DNA of 64,000 bases from Escherichia coli. Lineage in GTDB: Bacteria; Pseudomonadota; Gammaproteobacteria; Enterobacterales; Enterobacteriaceae. The position numbers and the translations under genes were made by a program. Shown here piece by piece: positions 44,834 to 56,686 of the stretch. The DNA lies in the NCBI RefSeq assembly GCF_048403405.1, contig NZ_CP183129.1; one strand, 5' to 3'. Positions within the stretch are counted from its first letter, which is position 1, and each line of letters starts with the position of its first letter. Below the pieces are notes generated by a model, which saw only the letters and a program-made list of their open reading frames with translations, was not told the origin of the DNA and searched no databases.

Positions 44834-45859
44834 TTGAGTTTGATAATCTCACTTACCTCCACGGTAAACCGCAAGGCACCGGGCTGCTGAAAGCCAATCC
44901 GGAAGACTTTGTGGTGGTGGAAGATTTGGGCTTTGAGCCTGATGGTGAAGGTGAGCATATTCTGGTTAGAATCCTCAAAAACGGCTGCAATACTCGTTTT
45001 GTGGCGGATGCACTGGCGAAATTCCTGAAAATTCATGCCCGTGAAGTCAGCTTCGCTGGGCAAAAAGACAAACATGCTGTTACGGAACAGTGGTTATGCG
45101 CTCGCGTGCCGGGCAAGGAAATGCCCGATCTGAGCGCCTTTCAACTGGAAGGCTGCCAGGTGCTGGAGTATGCGCGGCACAAGCGCAAGCTGCGTTTAGG
45201 CGCGCTGAAAGGTAACGCCTTTACCTTGGTACTACGCGAAGTGAGCAATCGCGATGACGTTGAACAACGTCTGATCGATATTTGCGTAAAAGGTGTACCG
45301 AACTACTTCGGTGCCCAACGTTTTGGGATTGGCGGTAGCAACTTGCAGGGCGCGCTGCGCTGGGCGCAAACCAATACTCCGGTGCGCGATCGCAATAAAC
45401 GGAGTTTTTGGTTGTCGGCAGCCCGCAGTGCGTTGTTTAATCAGATTGTTGCTGAGCGCCTCAAAAAAGCAGACGTTAATCAAGTTGTTGACGGCGATGC
45501 GCTACAATTAGCCGGACGTGGTAGCTGGTTTGTCGCAACCACCGAAGAACTGGCGGAATTACAGCGTCGCGTCAACGATAAAGAGCTAATGATAACCGCC
45601 GCATTGCCGGGCAGTGGCGAATGGGGAACTCAGCGTGAAGCGTTGGCATTCGAACAAGCAGCTGTCGCCGCAGAAACTGAATTACAAGCCTTACTGGTGC
45701 GCGAAAAAGTTGAAGCCGCGCGCAGAGCGATGCTGCTGTATCCGCAACAATTAAGCTGGAACTGGTGGGATGACGTCACCGTAGAAATCCGTTTCTGGCT
45801 TCCGGCGGGAAGTTTTGCAACCAGCGTTGTCAGGGAACTTATCAACACAACAGGTGATT

Positions 45860-45879
<20 letters not shown>
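44830..45879 (+). CDS. truD: tRNA pseudouridine13 synthase TruD
   Basis: 349-aa ORF overlapping the ispF stop. Confidence 0.93.
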
Positions 45880-47241
<1,362 letters not shown>

Positions 47242-47380
47242 AACGTGAGGAAATACCTGGATTTTTCCTGGTTATTTTGCCGCAGGTCAGCGTATCGTGA
47301 ACATCTTTTCCAGTGTTCAGTATGGTGCCTTGCACGGTAATTATGTCACTGGTTATTAACCAATTTTTCCTGGGGGATAA

Positions 47381-48520
47381 ATGAGCGCGGGAAGCCCAAA
47401 ATTCACCGTTCGCCGCATTGCGGCTTTGTCACTGGTTTCGCTATGGCTGGCAGGCTGTTCTGACACTTCAAATCCACCGGCACCGGTCAGCTCCGTTAAT
47501 GGCAATGCGCCTGCAAATACCAATTCTGGTATGTTGATTACGCCGCCGCCGAAAATGGGAACGACGTCTACAGCGCAGCAACCGCAAATTCAGCCGGTAC
47601 AGCAGCCACAAATTCAGGCTACTCAACAACCGCAAATCCAGCCAGTACAGCCAGTAGCTCAGCAGCCGGTACAGATGGAAAACGGACGCATCGTCTACAA
47701 CCGTCAGTATGGGAACATTCCGAAAGGCAGTTATAGCGGCAGTACCTATACCGTGAAAAAAGGCGACACACTTTTCTATATCGCCTGGATTACTGGCAAC
47801 GATTTCCGTGACCTTGCTCAGCGCAACAATATTCAGGCACCATACGCGCTGAACGTCGGTCAGACCTTACAGGTGGGTAATGCTTCCGGTACGCCAATCA
47901 CTGGCGGAAATGCCATTACCCAGGCCGACGCAGCAGAGCAAGGAGTTGTGATCAAGCCTGCACAAAATTCCACCGTTGCTGTTGCGTCGCAACCGACAAT
48001 TACGTATTCTGAGTCTTCGGGTGAACAGAGTGCTAACAAAATGTTGCCGAACAACAAGCCAACTGCGACCACGGTCACAGCGCCTGTAACGGTACCAACA
48101 GCAAGCACAACCGAGCCGACTGTCAGCAGTACATCAACCAGTACGCCTATCTCCACCTGGCGCTGGCCGACTGAGGGCAAAGTGATCGAAACCTTTGGCG
48201 CTTCTGAGGGGGGCAACAAGGGGATTGATATCGCAGGCAGCAAAGGACAGGCAATTATCGCGACCGCAGATGGCCGCGTTGTTTATGCCGGTAACGCGCT
48301 GCGCGGCTACGGTAATCTGATTATCATCAAACATAATGATGATTACCTGAGTGCCTACGCCCATAACGACACAATGCTGGTCCGGGAACAACAAGAAGTG
48401 AAGGCGGGGCAAAAAATAGCAACCATGGGTAGCACCGGAACCAGTTCAACACGCTTGCATTTTGAAATTCGTTACAAGGGGAAATCCGTAAACCCGCTGC
48501 GTTATTTGCCGCAGCGATAA
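47381..48520 (+). CDS. nlpD: Murein hydrolase activator lipoprotein NlpD (LysM + M23-like)
   Basis: 379-aa ORF with lipobox LAGC, Q/P-rich repeats, LysM and C-terminal M23-like domain. Confidence 0.94.
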   Translation: MSAGSPKFTVRRIAALSLVSLWLAGCSDTSNPPAPVSSVNGNAPANTNSGMLITPPPKMGTTSTAQQPQIQPVQQPQIQATQQPQIQPVQPVAQQPVQMENGRIVYNRQYGNIPKGSYSGSTYTVKKGDTLFYIAWITGNDFRDLAQRNNIQAPYALNVGQTLQVGNASGTPITGGNAITQADAAEQGVVIKPAQNSTVAVASQPTITYSESSGEQSANKMLPNNKPTATTVTAPVTVPTASTTEPTVSSTSTSTPISTWRWPTEGKVIETFGASEGGNKGIDIAGSKGQAIIATADGRVVYAGNALRGYGNLIIIKHNDDYLSAYAHNDTMLVREQQEVKAGQKIATMGSTGTSSTRLHFEIRYKGKSVNPLRYLPQR

Positions 48521-48582
48521 ATCGGCGGAACCAGGCTTTTGCTTGAATGTTCCGTCAAGGGATCACGGGTAGGAGCCACCTT

Positions 48583-49575
48583 ATGAGTCAGAATACGCTG
48601 AAAGTTCATGATTTAAATGAAGATGCGGAATTTGATGAGAACGGAGTTGAGGTTTTTGACGAAAAGGCCTTAGTAGAAGAGGAACCCAGTGATAACGATT
48701 TGGCCGAAGAGGAACTGTTATCGCAGGGAGCCACACAGCGTGTGCTGGACGCGACTCAGCTTTACCTTGGTGAGATTGGTTATTCACCACTGTTAACGGC
48801 CGAAGAAGAAGTTTATTTTGCGCGTCGCGCACTGCGTGGAGATGTTGCCTCCCGCCGCCGGATGATCGAGAGTAACTTGCGTCTGGTGGTAAAAATTGCC
48901 CGCCGTTATGGCAATCGTGGTCTGGCGTTGCTGGACCTGATCGAAGAGGGCAACCTGGGGCTGATCCGCGCGGTAGAGAAGTTTGACCCGGAACGTGGTT
49001 TCCGCTTCTCAACATACGCAACCTGGTGGATTCGCCAGACGATCGAACGGGCGATTATGAACCAAACCCGTACTATTCGTTTGCCTATTCACATCGTAAA
49101 GGAGCTGAACGTTTACCTGCGAACCGCACGCGAGTTGTCCCATAAACTGGACCACGAACCAAGTGCGGAAGAGATCGCAGAGCAACTGGATAAGCCAGTT
49201 GATGACGTCAGCCGTATGCTTCGTCTTAACGAGCGCATTACCTCGGTAGACACCCCGCTGGGTGGTGATTCCGAAAAAGCGTTGCTGGACATCCTGGCCG
49301 ATGAAAAAGAGAACGGTCCGGAAGATACCACGCAAGATGACGATATGAAGCAGAGCATCGTCAAATGGCTGTTCGAGCTGAACGCCAAACAGCGTGAAGT
49401 ACTGGCACGTCGATTCGGTTTGCTGGGGTACGAAGCGGCAACATTGGAAGATGTAGGTCGTGAAATTGGCCTCACCCGTGAACGTGTTCGCCAGATTCAG
49501 GTTGAAGGCCTGCGCCGTTTGCGCGAAATCCTGCAAACGCAGGGGCTGAATATCGAAGCGCTGTTCCGCGAGTAA
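48583..49575 (+). CDS. rpoS: RNA polymerase sigma factor RpoS (sigma-38)
   Basis: Start at ATG 48583 ([17 protein letters not shown]...) with AGGAG RBS; ORF-track start 48547 is an upstream extension. Confidence 0.97.
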   Translation: MSQNTLKVHDLNEDAEFDENGVEVFDEKALVEEEPSDNDLAEEELLSQGATQRVLDATQLYLGEIGYSPLLTAEEEVYFARRALRGDVASRRRMIESNLRLVVKIARRYGNRGLALLDLIEEGNLGLIRAVEKFDPERGFRFSTYATWWIRQTIERAIMNQTRTIRLPIHIVKELNVYLRTARELSHKLDHEPSAEEIAEQLDKPVDDVSRMLRLNERITSVDTPLGGDSEKALLDILADEKENGPEDTTQDDDMKQSIVKWLFELNAKQREVLARRFGLLGYEAATLEDVGREIGLTRERVRQIQVEGLRRLREILQTQGLNIEALFRE

Positions 49576-49593
49576 GTAAGCATCTGTCAGAAA

Positions 49594-49627
49594 GGCCAGT
49601 CTCAAGCGAGGCTGGCCTTTTTCTTTT
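49594..49627. terminator. rpoS rho-independent terminator (likely bidirectional)
   Basis: GGCCAGTCTC-AAGC-GAGGCTGGCC stem followed by TTTTTCTTTT; a REP-like sequence follows at about 49631-49694. Confidence 0.8.
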
Positions 49628-49694
49628 GGTTGGGGAGCCGGTGTGTTTGTGGGCTGGATAAGCCGCAATAGCGTCTCATCCGGCAATTTGCACC

Positions 49695-50102
49695 CTATGT
49701 GTTCATCATCTTGCGCACTAGCTGCATAAACAGCTCCTGCTCTTCTCCACTCAAACGCCCCAAAAATTCCTCATCCACGCTGTCACCTATCGGTATCGCC
49801 GCAGCAAGTATCTTTTCGCCTTCGGCAGTCAGCCAGACAAAGCGTCGCCGCTTGTCAGCGGCGTCATGTTCACGTCTGACTAAGCCACGATTTTCCATTC
49901 TTGCCAACATTTCTGCCAGCGTTGCTTTGGTGCTGACGGCTGCTTCCATCAGTGCCACCTGTTCGATACCAGGTTTATCAGCAATGGCGCGCATCACCGC
50001 GTACTGTGGTTTGGTCAGATCAGGTAACTCGTGCTGCCAGCGGGCCGTGTGTTGCTGAAAAAGCTGTCGTAACTGATGGAACGCTTTATTTCGTAACGCC
50101 AT
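49695..50102 (-). CDS. MarR/SlyA-family transcriptional regulator
   Basis: 135-aa ORF with winged-helix MarR pattern; divergent from the decarboxylase genes. Confidence 0.8.
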   Translation of the reverse strand: MALRNKAFHQLRQLFQQHTARWQHELPDLTKPQYAVMRAIADKPGIEQVALMEAAVSTKATLAEMLARMENRGLVRREHDAADKRRRFVWLTAEGEKILAAAIPIGDSVDEEFLGRLSGEEQELFMQLVRKMMNT

Positions 50103-50218
50103 GTAAACTCCGGGCTAATTCTCTGTCGCTATCATAGCGGTTTTTCAGTGACGAAGAAGATGTTGTTACTTTTCAATCCTTGCCGCTGTGGAAATGAAGG
50201 AGTATGTTAATAATAACG

Positions 50219-50230
50219 TTCGTATACGAA
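50219..50230. promoter_or_regulatory. Perfect 12-bp palindrome TTCGTATACGAA, candidate MarR-type operator
   Basis: Lies 19 nt upstream of the UbiX-like ATG (50249) in the divergent intergenic region. Confidence 0.45.
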
Positions 50231-50248
50231 CAATTAAGAGAGTAAGCA

Positions 50249-50842
50249 ATGAAACTGATCGTCGGGATGACAGGGGCTACCGGTGCGCCTCTTGGTGTGG
50301 CATTACTGCAAGCGCTGCGGGAGATGCCGAATGTCGAGACTCATCTGGTGATGTCGAAGTGGGCGAAAACCACTATTGAACTGGAAACGCCTTACAGCGC
50401 TCGCGATGTTGCCGCCCTCGCAGACTTCAGCCATAACCCGGCGGATCAGGCGGCGACTATCTCTTCCGGCTCCTTTCGTACCGACGGCATGATCGTTATT
50501 CCATGCAGTATGAAAACGCTCGCCGGTATCCGCGCTGGTTACGCCGATGGCCTGGTGGGGCGCGCGGCGGACGTCGTGCTCAAAGAAGGCCGCAAACTGG
50601 TGCTGGTGCCGCGTGAAATGCCGCTTAGCACAATCCATCTCGAAAATATGCTCGCACTTTCGCGCATGGGCGTGGCGATGGTGCCGCCGATGCCTGCCTT
50701 TTATAACCATCCCGAAACGGTAGATGACATTGTCCACCACGTGGTAGCCCGCGTGCTGGATCAATTTGGCCTCGAACATCCTCACGCCAGGCGCTGGCAA
50801 GGATTGCCGCAGGCCCGGAATTTTTCTCAGGAGAATGAATAA
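50249..50842 (+). CDS. ecdB: UbiX/Pad1-family flavin prenyltransferase (EcdB/VdcB/KpdB-like)
   Basis: 197-aa ORF MKLIVGMTGATGAPLGVALLQALR... typical UbiX N-terminus. Confidence 0.88.
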   Translation: MKLIVGMTGATGAPLGVALLQALREMPNVETHLVMSKWAKTTIELETPYSARDVAALADFSHNPADQAATISSGSFRTDGMIVIPCSMKTLAGIRAGYADGLVGRAADVVLKEGRKLVLVPREMPLSTIHLENMLALSRMGVAMVPPMPAFYNHPETVDDIVHHVVARVLDQFGLEHPHARRWQGLPQARNFSQENE

Positions 50843-52269
50843 TGGCATTTGATGATTTACGCAGCTTTTTACAGGCGCTTGATGACCACGGCCAGTTACT
50901 GAAAATCAGCGAAGAGGTGAACGCGGAACCGGATCTGGCAGCCGCAGCCAACGCCACCGGGCGTATCGGCGACGGCGCGCCCGCGCTTTGGTTTGATAAT
51001 ATTCGCGGCTTTATCGATGCCCGCGTGGCAATGAACACCATCGGTTCCTGGCAGAACCACGCGATTTCCCTCGGCCTGCCGCCAAACACCCCGGTTAAAA
51101 AACAGATTGATGAGTTTATCCGCCGCTGGGATAACTTCCCCATTACCCCGGAGCGCCGCGCCAATCCAGCCTGGGCGCAGAACACCGTCGATGGCGACGA
51201 GATCAACCTGTTCGATATTCTGCCGCTGTTTCGTTTAAACGACGGTGATGGCGGTTTCTATCTCGATAAAGCGTGCGTGGTTTCCCGCGATCCGCTCGAC
51301 CCGGATAACTTCGGCAAGCAGAACGTCGGCATCTACCGCATGGAAGTGAAGGGCAAACGTAAGCTCGGCCTGCAACCGGTGCCGATGCACGATATCGCTC
51401 TGCATCTGCATAAAGCGGAAGAACGCGGTGAAGATCTGCCGATTGCCATCACCCTGGGTAACGATCCGAACATCACCCTGATGGGCGCCACGCCGCTGAA
51501 ATACGATCAGTCTGAGTACGAAATGGCGGGCGCGCTGCGCGAAAGCCCGTACCCGATCGCCACCGCCCCGCTGACCGGTTTTGATGTGCCGTGGGGCTCG
51601 GAAGTGATCCTCGAAGGGGTTATCGAAAGTCGTAAACGTGAGATTGAAGGGCCGTTCGGTGAGTTTACCGGCCACTACTCCGGCGGGCGTAACATGACCG
51701 TGGTGCGTATCGATAAAGTCTCTTACCGTACCAAACCGATTTTCGAATCGCTCTATCTTGGTATGCCGTGGACCGAAATCGACTACCTGATGGGGCCTGC
51801 CACCTGCGTGCCGCTGTATCAGCAACTGAAAGCCGAGTTCCCGGAAGTGCAGGCGGTAAACGCCATGTACACCCACGGCCTGTTGGCGATTATCTCCACC
51901 AAAAAACGCTACGGCGGCTTTGCCCGCGCGGTGGGCCTGCGTGCAATGACCACGCCGCACGGTCTGGGCTACGTGAAGATGGTGATTATGGTCGATGAAG
52001 ACGTTGATCCGTTCAACCTGCCGCAGGTGATGTGGGCGCTCTCCTCGAAAGTGAACCCGGCAGGCGACCTGGTGCAGTTGCCAAATATGTCCGTGCTGGA
52101 ACTCGACCCTGGCTCAAGCCCGGCGGGGATCACCGACAAGCTGATTATCGACGCCACCACGCCTGTCGCCCCGGACAACCGTGGTCACTACAGCCAGCCG
52201 GTGGTGGATTTACCGGAAACCAAAGCCTGGGCTGAAAAACTGACCGCTATGCTGGCCGCACGTAAATAA
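50842..52269 (+). CDS. ecdC: UbiD-family (prFMN-dependent) decarboxylase, phenolic-acid decarboxylase C-subunit-like
   Basis: 475-aa UbiD-like ORF translationally coupled to the UbiX-like gene. Confidence 0.85.
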   Translation: MAFDDLRSFLQALDDHGQLLKISEEVNAEPDLAAAANATGRIGDGAPALWFDNIRGFIDARVAMNTIGSWQNHAISLGLPPNTPVKKQIDEFIRRWDNFPITPERRANPAWAQNTVDGDEINLFDILPLFRLNDGDGGFYLDKACVVSRDPLDPDNFGKQNVGIYRMEVKGKRKLGLQPVPMHDIALHLHKAEERGEDLPIAITLGNDPNITLMGATPLKYDQSEYEMAGALRESPYPIATAPLTGFDVPWGSEVILEGVIESRKREIEGPFGEFTGHYSGGRNMTVVRIDKVSYRTKPIFESLYLGMPWTEIDYLMGPATCVPLYQQLKAEFPEVQAVNAMYTHGLLAIISTKKRYGGFARAVGLRAMTTPHGLGYVKMVIMVDEDVDPFNLPQVMWALSSKVNPAGDLVQLPNMSVLELDPGSSPAGITDKLIIDATTPVAPDNRGHYSQPVVDLPETKAWAEKLTAMLAARK

Positions 52270-52279
52270 GGAGAACAAG

Positions 52280-52516
52280 ATGATTTGTCCACGTTGTGCT
52301 GATGAACAGATTGAAGTGATGGCGAAATCGCCGGTAAAAGATGTCTGGACAGTCTATCAGTGCCAGCATTGCCTCTATACCTGGCGCGATACCGAACCGC
52401 TTCGCCGCACCAGCCGCGAACATTACCCGGAAGCGTTTCGTATGACGCAGAAAGACATTGATGACGCGCCAATGGTGCCGAGCATTCCGCCGCTGCTGGC
52501 GGAAGGTAAGCGCTAA
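52280..52516 (+). CDS. ecdD: Small zinc-ribbon subunit of phenolic-acid decarboxylase (YclD/VdcD-like)
   Basis: 78-aa ORF with CPRC...CQHC motif directly after the UbiD-like gene. Confidence 0.75.
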   Translation: MICPRCADEQIEVMAKSPVKDVWTVYQCQHCLYTWRDTEPLRRTSREHYPEAFRMTQKDIDDAPMVPSIPPLLAEGKR

Positions 52517-52550
52517 ATAAAAGGTCCGATGCCCATCGGACCTTTTTATT
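52517..52550. terminator. Bidirectional terminator between ecdD and ygbN
   Basis: AAAAGGTCCGAT-GCCC-ATCGGACCTTTTTATT. Confidence 0.8.
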
Positions 52551-52554
52551 AAGG

Positions 52555-53919
52555 TCAAATTACCGCCCATACGCACCAGGTAATTAAGAATCCGGTAAAA
52601 CCGAGAATGGTCGTTAACACTGTCCAGGTTTTCAGACCGTCTGCTACCGACAACCCCAGATATTTGGTCACAATCCAGAACCCTGAGTCATTAATATGTG
52701 ACGCGCCAAGCCCACCAAAGCAGGCTGCCAGCGTCACCAATACGCACTGAATCGGATTCAATCCCATCACCGCTTCTGAGAGTAACCCGCCGGTTGTCAG
52801 GATTGCTACGGTTGCTGACCCCTGCGATGCACGCAGCGCCAGTGAAATAATAAATGCGGCTGGTAACAGAGGCAGGTCAATCATTTGTAGCATGTTGGCA
52901 AGGGCTTTGCCGACGCCCGATTCCACCAGCACTTTGCCAAATACCCCTCCAGCACCAGTAACCAAAATCACTACCGCCGCGGTGGGAAGGGCTGAGCCCA
53001 TAATGTCGCTGGTGTGTTGTAAGCTCCAGCCGCGACGTAAAGCCAATAACCAGAATGCCAGCACCAGCGCAATCATTAGAGCTACCATTGGTGAGCCGAT
53101 CAGCTGTAGCGTACCAAGCAGGGGATGCGAAGGCGGCATCAGTGTTGCGGAAACCGTACCCGCCATGATAATCGCGATAGGAATAACAATTAGCGAGGTG
53201 ACCAGCGCGACGCCCGGTGGATTTATTTTATCGCTTAATTTTGTCGCGCCTTCCTCACTGGCCGGAGCCAGTTGCATCTGTTCCAGTACTTCCACCGACA
53301 TCGCATATTGGCACTTATTGATTATTTTCGCTGCAAAGTAGCCAACAATCCCTACGGGAATAGAAATCGCAATACCGATGATGGTTAGCCAGCCGATGTC
53401 TGCGTGGAGTAACCCCGCTGCGGCGACAGGGCCTGGATGCGGCGGTACCGCCACATGAACAGTTAGCATGATTCCAGCGACAGGCAGGCCAAATTTGAGT
53501 GGCGATATTTTGGCAACCTTGGCAAAACCGTAAATGATTGGCGCAAGAATAATAAAGCCGACATCAAAGAAGACGGGAATACCGAGGAAGAACGCTGCCA
53601 GAGTCAGCGCAGCGATAGTTCGTTTGTCACCTAACTTGCGACTGAAATAATTAGCCAGTGACTCTGCACCACCAGAGTGTTCGATCATACGCCCCAGCAT
53701 AGCGCCCAGACCAATAATAATAGTGACGGAACCAAGCACACCGCCCATCCCGGCGATCATCACTTTACCCACTTCGCCCGCCGGTATACCCGCCGCAAGT
53801 GCGACTAACAGGCTGACGAGGAGCAGAGCAACGAATGGTTGTACCTTTGCCTTGATGACCAGCAGCAACAGCATGATTACGCCAGTTAACGCAATGCATA
53901 ACAATGTAATTGTGGACAT
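52555..53919 (-). CDS. ygbN: GntP-family permease YgbN
   Basis: 454-aa polytopic membrane ORF. Confidence 0.88.
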   Translation of the reverse strand: MSTITLLCIALTGVIMLLLLVIKAKVQPFVALLLVSLLVALAAGIPAGEVGKVMIAGMGGVLGSVTIIIGLGAMLGRMIEHSGGAESLANYFSRKLGDKRTIAALTLAAFFLGIPVFFDVGFIILAPIIYGFAKVAKISPLKFGLPVAGIMLTVHVAVPPHPGPVAAAGLLHADIGWLTIIGIAISIPVGIVGYFAAKIINKCQYAMSVEVLEQMQLAPASEEGATKLSDKINPPGVALVTSLIVIPIAIIMAGTVSATLMPPSHPLLGTLQLIGSPMVALMIALVLAFWLLALRRGWSLQHTSDIMGSALPTAAVVILVTGAGGVFGKVLVESGVGKALANMLQMIDLPLLPAAFIISLALRASQGSATVAILTTGGLLSEAVMGLNPIQCVLVTLAACFGGLGASHINDSGFWIVTKYLGLSVADGLKTWTVLTTILGFTGFLITWCVWAVI

Positions 53920-54007
53920 GGGAAACCCTGTCTGAAAGTTATAGTTAACCTACCCCATCCGTAGATGGGGGGATGTATGGGTACGTTGTAATTAGGGATT
54001 TAACGAA

Positions 54008-54784
54008 TTAGCGCCAGGCGTCAAACCAGCCCAGCCCTTCTTCGGTGAGGCCACGAGGTTTATATTCACAACCGATCCAGCCCTGATATCCCACCTCATC
54101 GAACAGGCGGAACAGCCACGGATAGTTGATTTCTCCATCGTCCGGTTCATGTCGATCAGGTAGTCCGGCAATTTGTACGTGCGCATATTTCCCGGCGTAG
54201 TCGCGGATTAAATGCGTCAGGTTGCCATCTACTTTTTGCGCATGAAAAGTATCTAGTTGAATAAACACGTTATCTCGCGCAACTTCTTCAACAATAGCCA
54301 GTGCCTGATACTGGCTGGAGAAGAGATAATGAGGCTTAACGCCGGGGCTGAGTGCTTCAACTAATATTCGCTTGCCGTGTGGCGCAAAGCGGTCGGCAGC
54401 GTAGCGGAGATTATCGATAAATACTGCCCTGTACCGTTCAGCATCTTCGCCAGCGGGCACGACGCCTGCCATCACATGGACTTGTTCACAATTGAGCGCC
54501 AATGCATATTCCAGTGCCAGGTCGATGTCTGCGTGTGCTTCGTGCTCACGTCCGGGAAGGGCGGATAATCCCCATTCCCCCGCATTAATATCTCCGGGAG
54601 CGGTATTGAACAGCGCCAGTGTCAGATGGTTTTGCTCCAGTTGCTTTTGGATTTGCAGGGTGGAGTAGTCATAGGGAAACAGAAATTCCACAGCATCGAA
54701 CCCGGCTTTTCGCGCTGCGGCGAAGCGTTCAATAAAAGGCACTTCGGTGAACATCATGGATAAATTAGCTGCAAAACGAGGCAT
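54008..54784 (-). CDS. ygbM: Xylose-isomerase-like TIM-barrel isomerase YgbM (2-oxo-tetronate isomerase OtnI)
   Basis: 258-aa ORF, hydroxypyruvate-isomerase-like. Confidence 0.85.
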   Translation of the reverse strand: MPRFAANLSMMFTEVPFIERFAAARKAGFDAVEFLFPYDYSTLQIQKQLEQNHLTLALFNTAPGDINAGEWGLSALPGREHEAHADIDLALEYALALNCEQVHVMAGVVPAGEDAERYRAVFIDNLRYAADRFAPHGKRILVEALSPGVKPHYLFSSQYQALAIVEEVARDNVFIQLDTFHAQKVDGNLTHLIRDYAGKYAHVQIAGLPDRHEPDDGEINYPWLFRLFDEVGYQGWIGCEYKPRGLTEEGLGWFDAWR

Positions 54785-54788
54785 TGCA

Positions 54789-55427
54789 TTAACTCCTTAA
54801 TTCCGCAATTTCACCTGCGGTCAGATAACGGATCGGGCGGTCACCGAGAATAAAAATCAGCTTTGCCGTTTCCTCCAGCTCTTCCATATTGTTGGCGGCT
54901 TCTTGCAGGCTTTCACCGCAAACCACTGGGCCATGATTTGCCAGTAAAAAAGCCTGATTGTCTGCTGCCAGTTCCGCCAGATCCTGTGCGATGCGTTTAT
55001 CGCCCGGTCGGTAATAAGGCACCAGCGGGACATTTCCCATCCGCATCACCACGTATGGTGTGAACGGACGAATAACGTTGCTGCTGTCCAGCCCTTGCAG
55101 GCAGGAAAGCGCCGTCGACCATGTGCTGTGCAAATGCACCACCGCTTTACAGCGCGGATTGTTGCGATACAGCGCCAGATGAAAGAGCACCTCTTTCGAG
55201 GGTTTGTCACCACTTAACCATTCGCCATCCGCGGCGACTTTGGAAAGCCGCTGCGGATCGAGATTGCCCAGGCATGAACCTGTCGGTGTCGCCAGTAAAT
55301 TCCCGTCAGGTAAAAGCAGCGACAAATTGCCAGCCGAACCGGTTGCATAGCCGCGCTGAAAGAATGAACTGGCAATCCGCGTCATCTCCTCTCGCAAAGA
55401 CTGCTCTACTTTTGCGAAATCGCTCAT
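54789..55427 (-). CDS. ygbL: Class II aldolase/adducin-family protein YgbL (OtnC-like decarboxylase)
   Basis: 212-aa ORF of the class II aldolase fold. Confidence 0.85.
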   Translation of the reverse strand: MSDFAKVEQSLREEMTRIASSFFQRGYATGSAGNLSLLLPDGNLLATPTGSCLGNLDPQRLSKVAADGEWLSGDKPSKEVLFHLALYRNNPRCKAVVHLHSTWSTALSCLQGLDSSNVIRPFTPYVVMRMGNVPLVPYYRPGDKRIAQDLAELAADNQAFLLANHGPVVCGESLQEAANNMEELEETAKLIFILGDRPIRYLTAGEIAELRS

Positions 55428-56686
55428 GATAAAAACTCTCTTTGGGCTCGTGAAAAAAAGGCTTCATCACCGAAGTTGCCAGATTTAAGGGCGAGTGAGA
55501 CAGGTTTATCCAGTGCGTTTACCCACGGCACGCCGGGAGAAATGGTTGGGCCAATATGAAACCCTTTTATTCCCAGGCTCTGTGTGACTACGCCGGAGGT
55601 CTCACCGCCTGCGACAATAAAGCGTGTCACGCCTTCCGCTGCTAACCGCGCCGCTAGTTGAGAAAACAGTGTTTCTACTGCCTGACTGGCTTTATGTGCA
55701 CCGTATTGCTGTTGAATTGCTGCCAATGCGTCAGTGCTGGCAGTGGCAAAAACCAGTGGAGCAAGTACACTTTCCTGGCCCAGAACCCACTCTGCCAGTT
55801 CGTGTGCATAAGCGGCCAGAGTTTCAATTGAGAGGCAGCGTGCCACATCAACTTCACGGGCTGGTGCAATTTGACGGTAATGTGCTACCTGGCAGTTGGT
55901 CATTTGAGAGCATGAACCGGAGAGCACTACGCCGCGCCCAGCGAGCGGATGCCCTGCTTTGCGAGCCTGGTTACCGTTTTCTTGCGCCCACTGCCGGGCA
56001 AGGCCAATCGCCAGACCAGAACCGCCCGTTACCAGTGGGGTATCGCGCAAGGCTTCTCCCTGAATTTCCAGATGGTGTTCGGTCAGCGCATCAAGCACCG
56101 CGTAGCGGTAGCCCTCTTGCTGTAAGCGAGCCAGCTCTTGACGAACGGCATCCACACCTTGTTCGAAAACATGTGCCGAAACGACGCCGCAGCGCCCTGT
56201 GGATTGCGCTTCAACCAGACGGGGAAGATAGCTGTCGGTCATGGGATTTACCGGGTGATGGCGCATCCCGGATTCGGCCAGCAGTTGATTCATTACGAAC
56301 AAATACCCCTGATAAACCGTACGTCCGTTGACCGGCAGGGCCGGAGAGAAGACCGTAAACGGCGTGTCGAGAGCATCCATTAATGCATCGGTAACCGGGC
56401 CGATATTACCTTTCGCCGAACTGTCGAAAGTAGAGCAGTATTTGAAATAGATCTGTTTGCAACCTTGCTGTTGCAACCAGCTCAGTGCCGCCAGCGATTG
56501 CTGTGTGGCTTCAACCACCGGACAGGAACGCGTTTTCAGGCTGATCACCAGTGCGTCGATTGCTTCCGGCATTTTACCTGTTGGAACACCGTTAATTTGT
56601 ACCGTTGGTAGACCGTTTTCCACCAGAAAACTGGCGATATCCGTCGCGCCGGTAAAATCATCGGCGATAACGCCAATCTTGATCAT
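55424..56686 (-). CDS. ygbK: Four-carbon acid-sugar kinase YgbK (OtnK, DUF1537 family)
   Basis: 420-aa ORF MIKIGVIADDFTGATDIASFL... Confidence 0.85.
   Translation of the reverse strand: MIKIGVIADDFTGATDIASFLVENGLPTVQINGVPTGKMPEAIDALVISLKTRSCPVVEATQQSLAALSWLQQQGCKQIYFKYCSTFDSSAKGNIGPVTDALMDALDTPFTVFSPALPVNGRTVYQGYLFVMNQLLAESGMRHHPVNPMTDSYLPRLVEAQSTGRCGVVSAHVFEQGVDAVRQELARLQQEGYRYAVLDALTEHHLEIQGEALRDTPLVTGGSGLAIGLARQWAQENGNQARKAGHPLAGRGVVLSGSCSQMTNCQVAHYRQIAPAREVDVARCLSIETLAAYAHELAEWVLGQESVLAPLVFATASTDALAAIQQQYGAHKASQAVETLFSQLAARLAAEGVTRFIVAGGETSGVVTQSLGIKGFHIGPTISPGVPWVNALDKPVSLALKSGNFGDEAFFSRAQREFLS

Noticed and set aside
48547-48582. Upstream extension of rpoS in the ORF track ([12 protein letters not shown]...)
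   Set aside because: The canonical RpoS N-terminus [11 protein letters not shown] begins at the internal ATG 48583, which has an AGGAG RBS; similar upstream extensions were trimmed for surE, queD, casE, cysH, ygcS, ygcG, ygcN, ygcO, ygcQ and ygcR.
49576-52554. Possibility that the MarR/UbiX/UbiD island is a mobile genomic island
   Set aside because: No integrase, transposase, tRNA target or flanking direct repeats seen; boundaries coincide with ordinary terminators and REP-like sequence, so I treat it as a lineage-specific indel.
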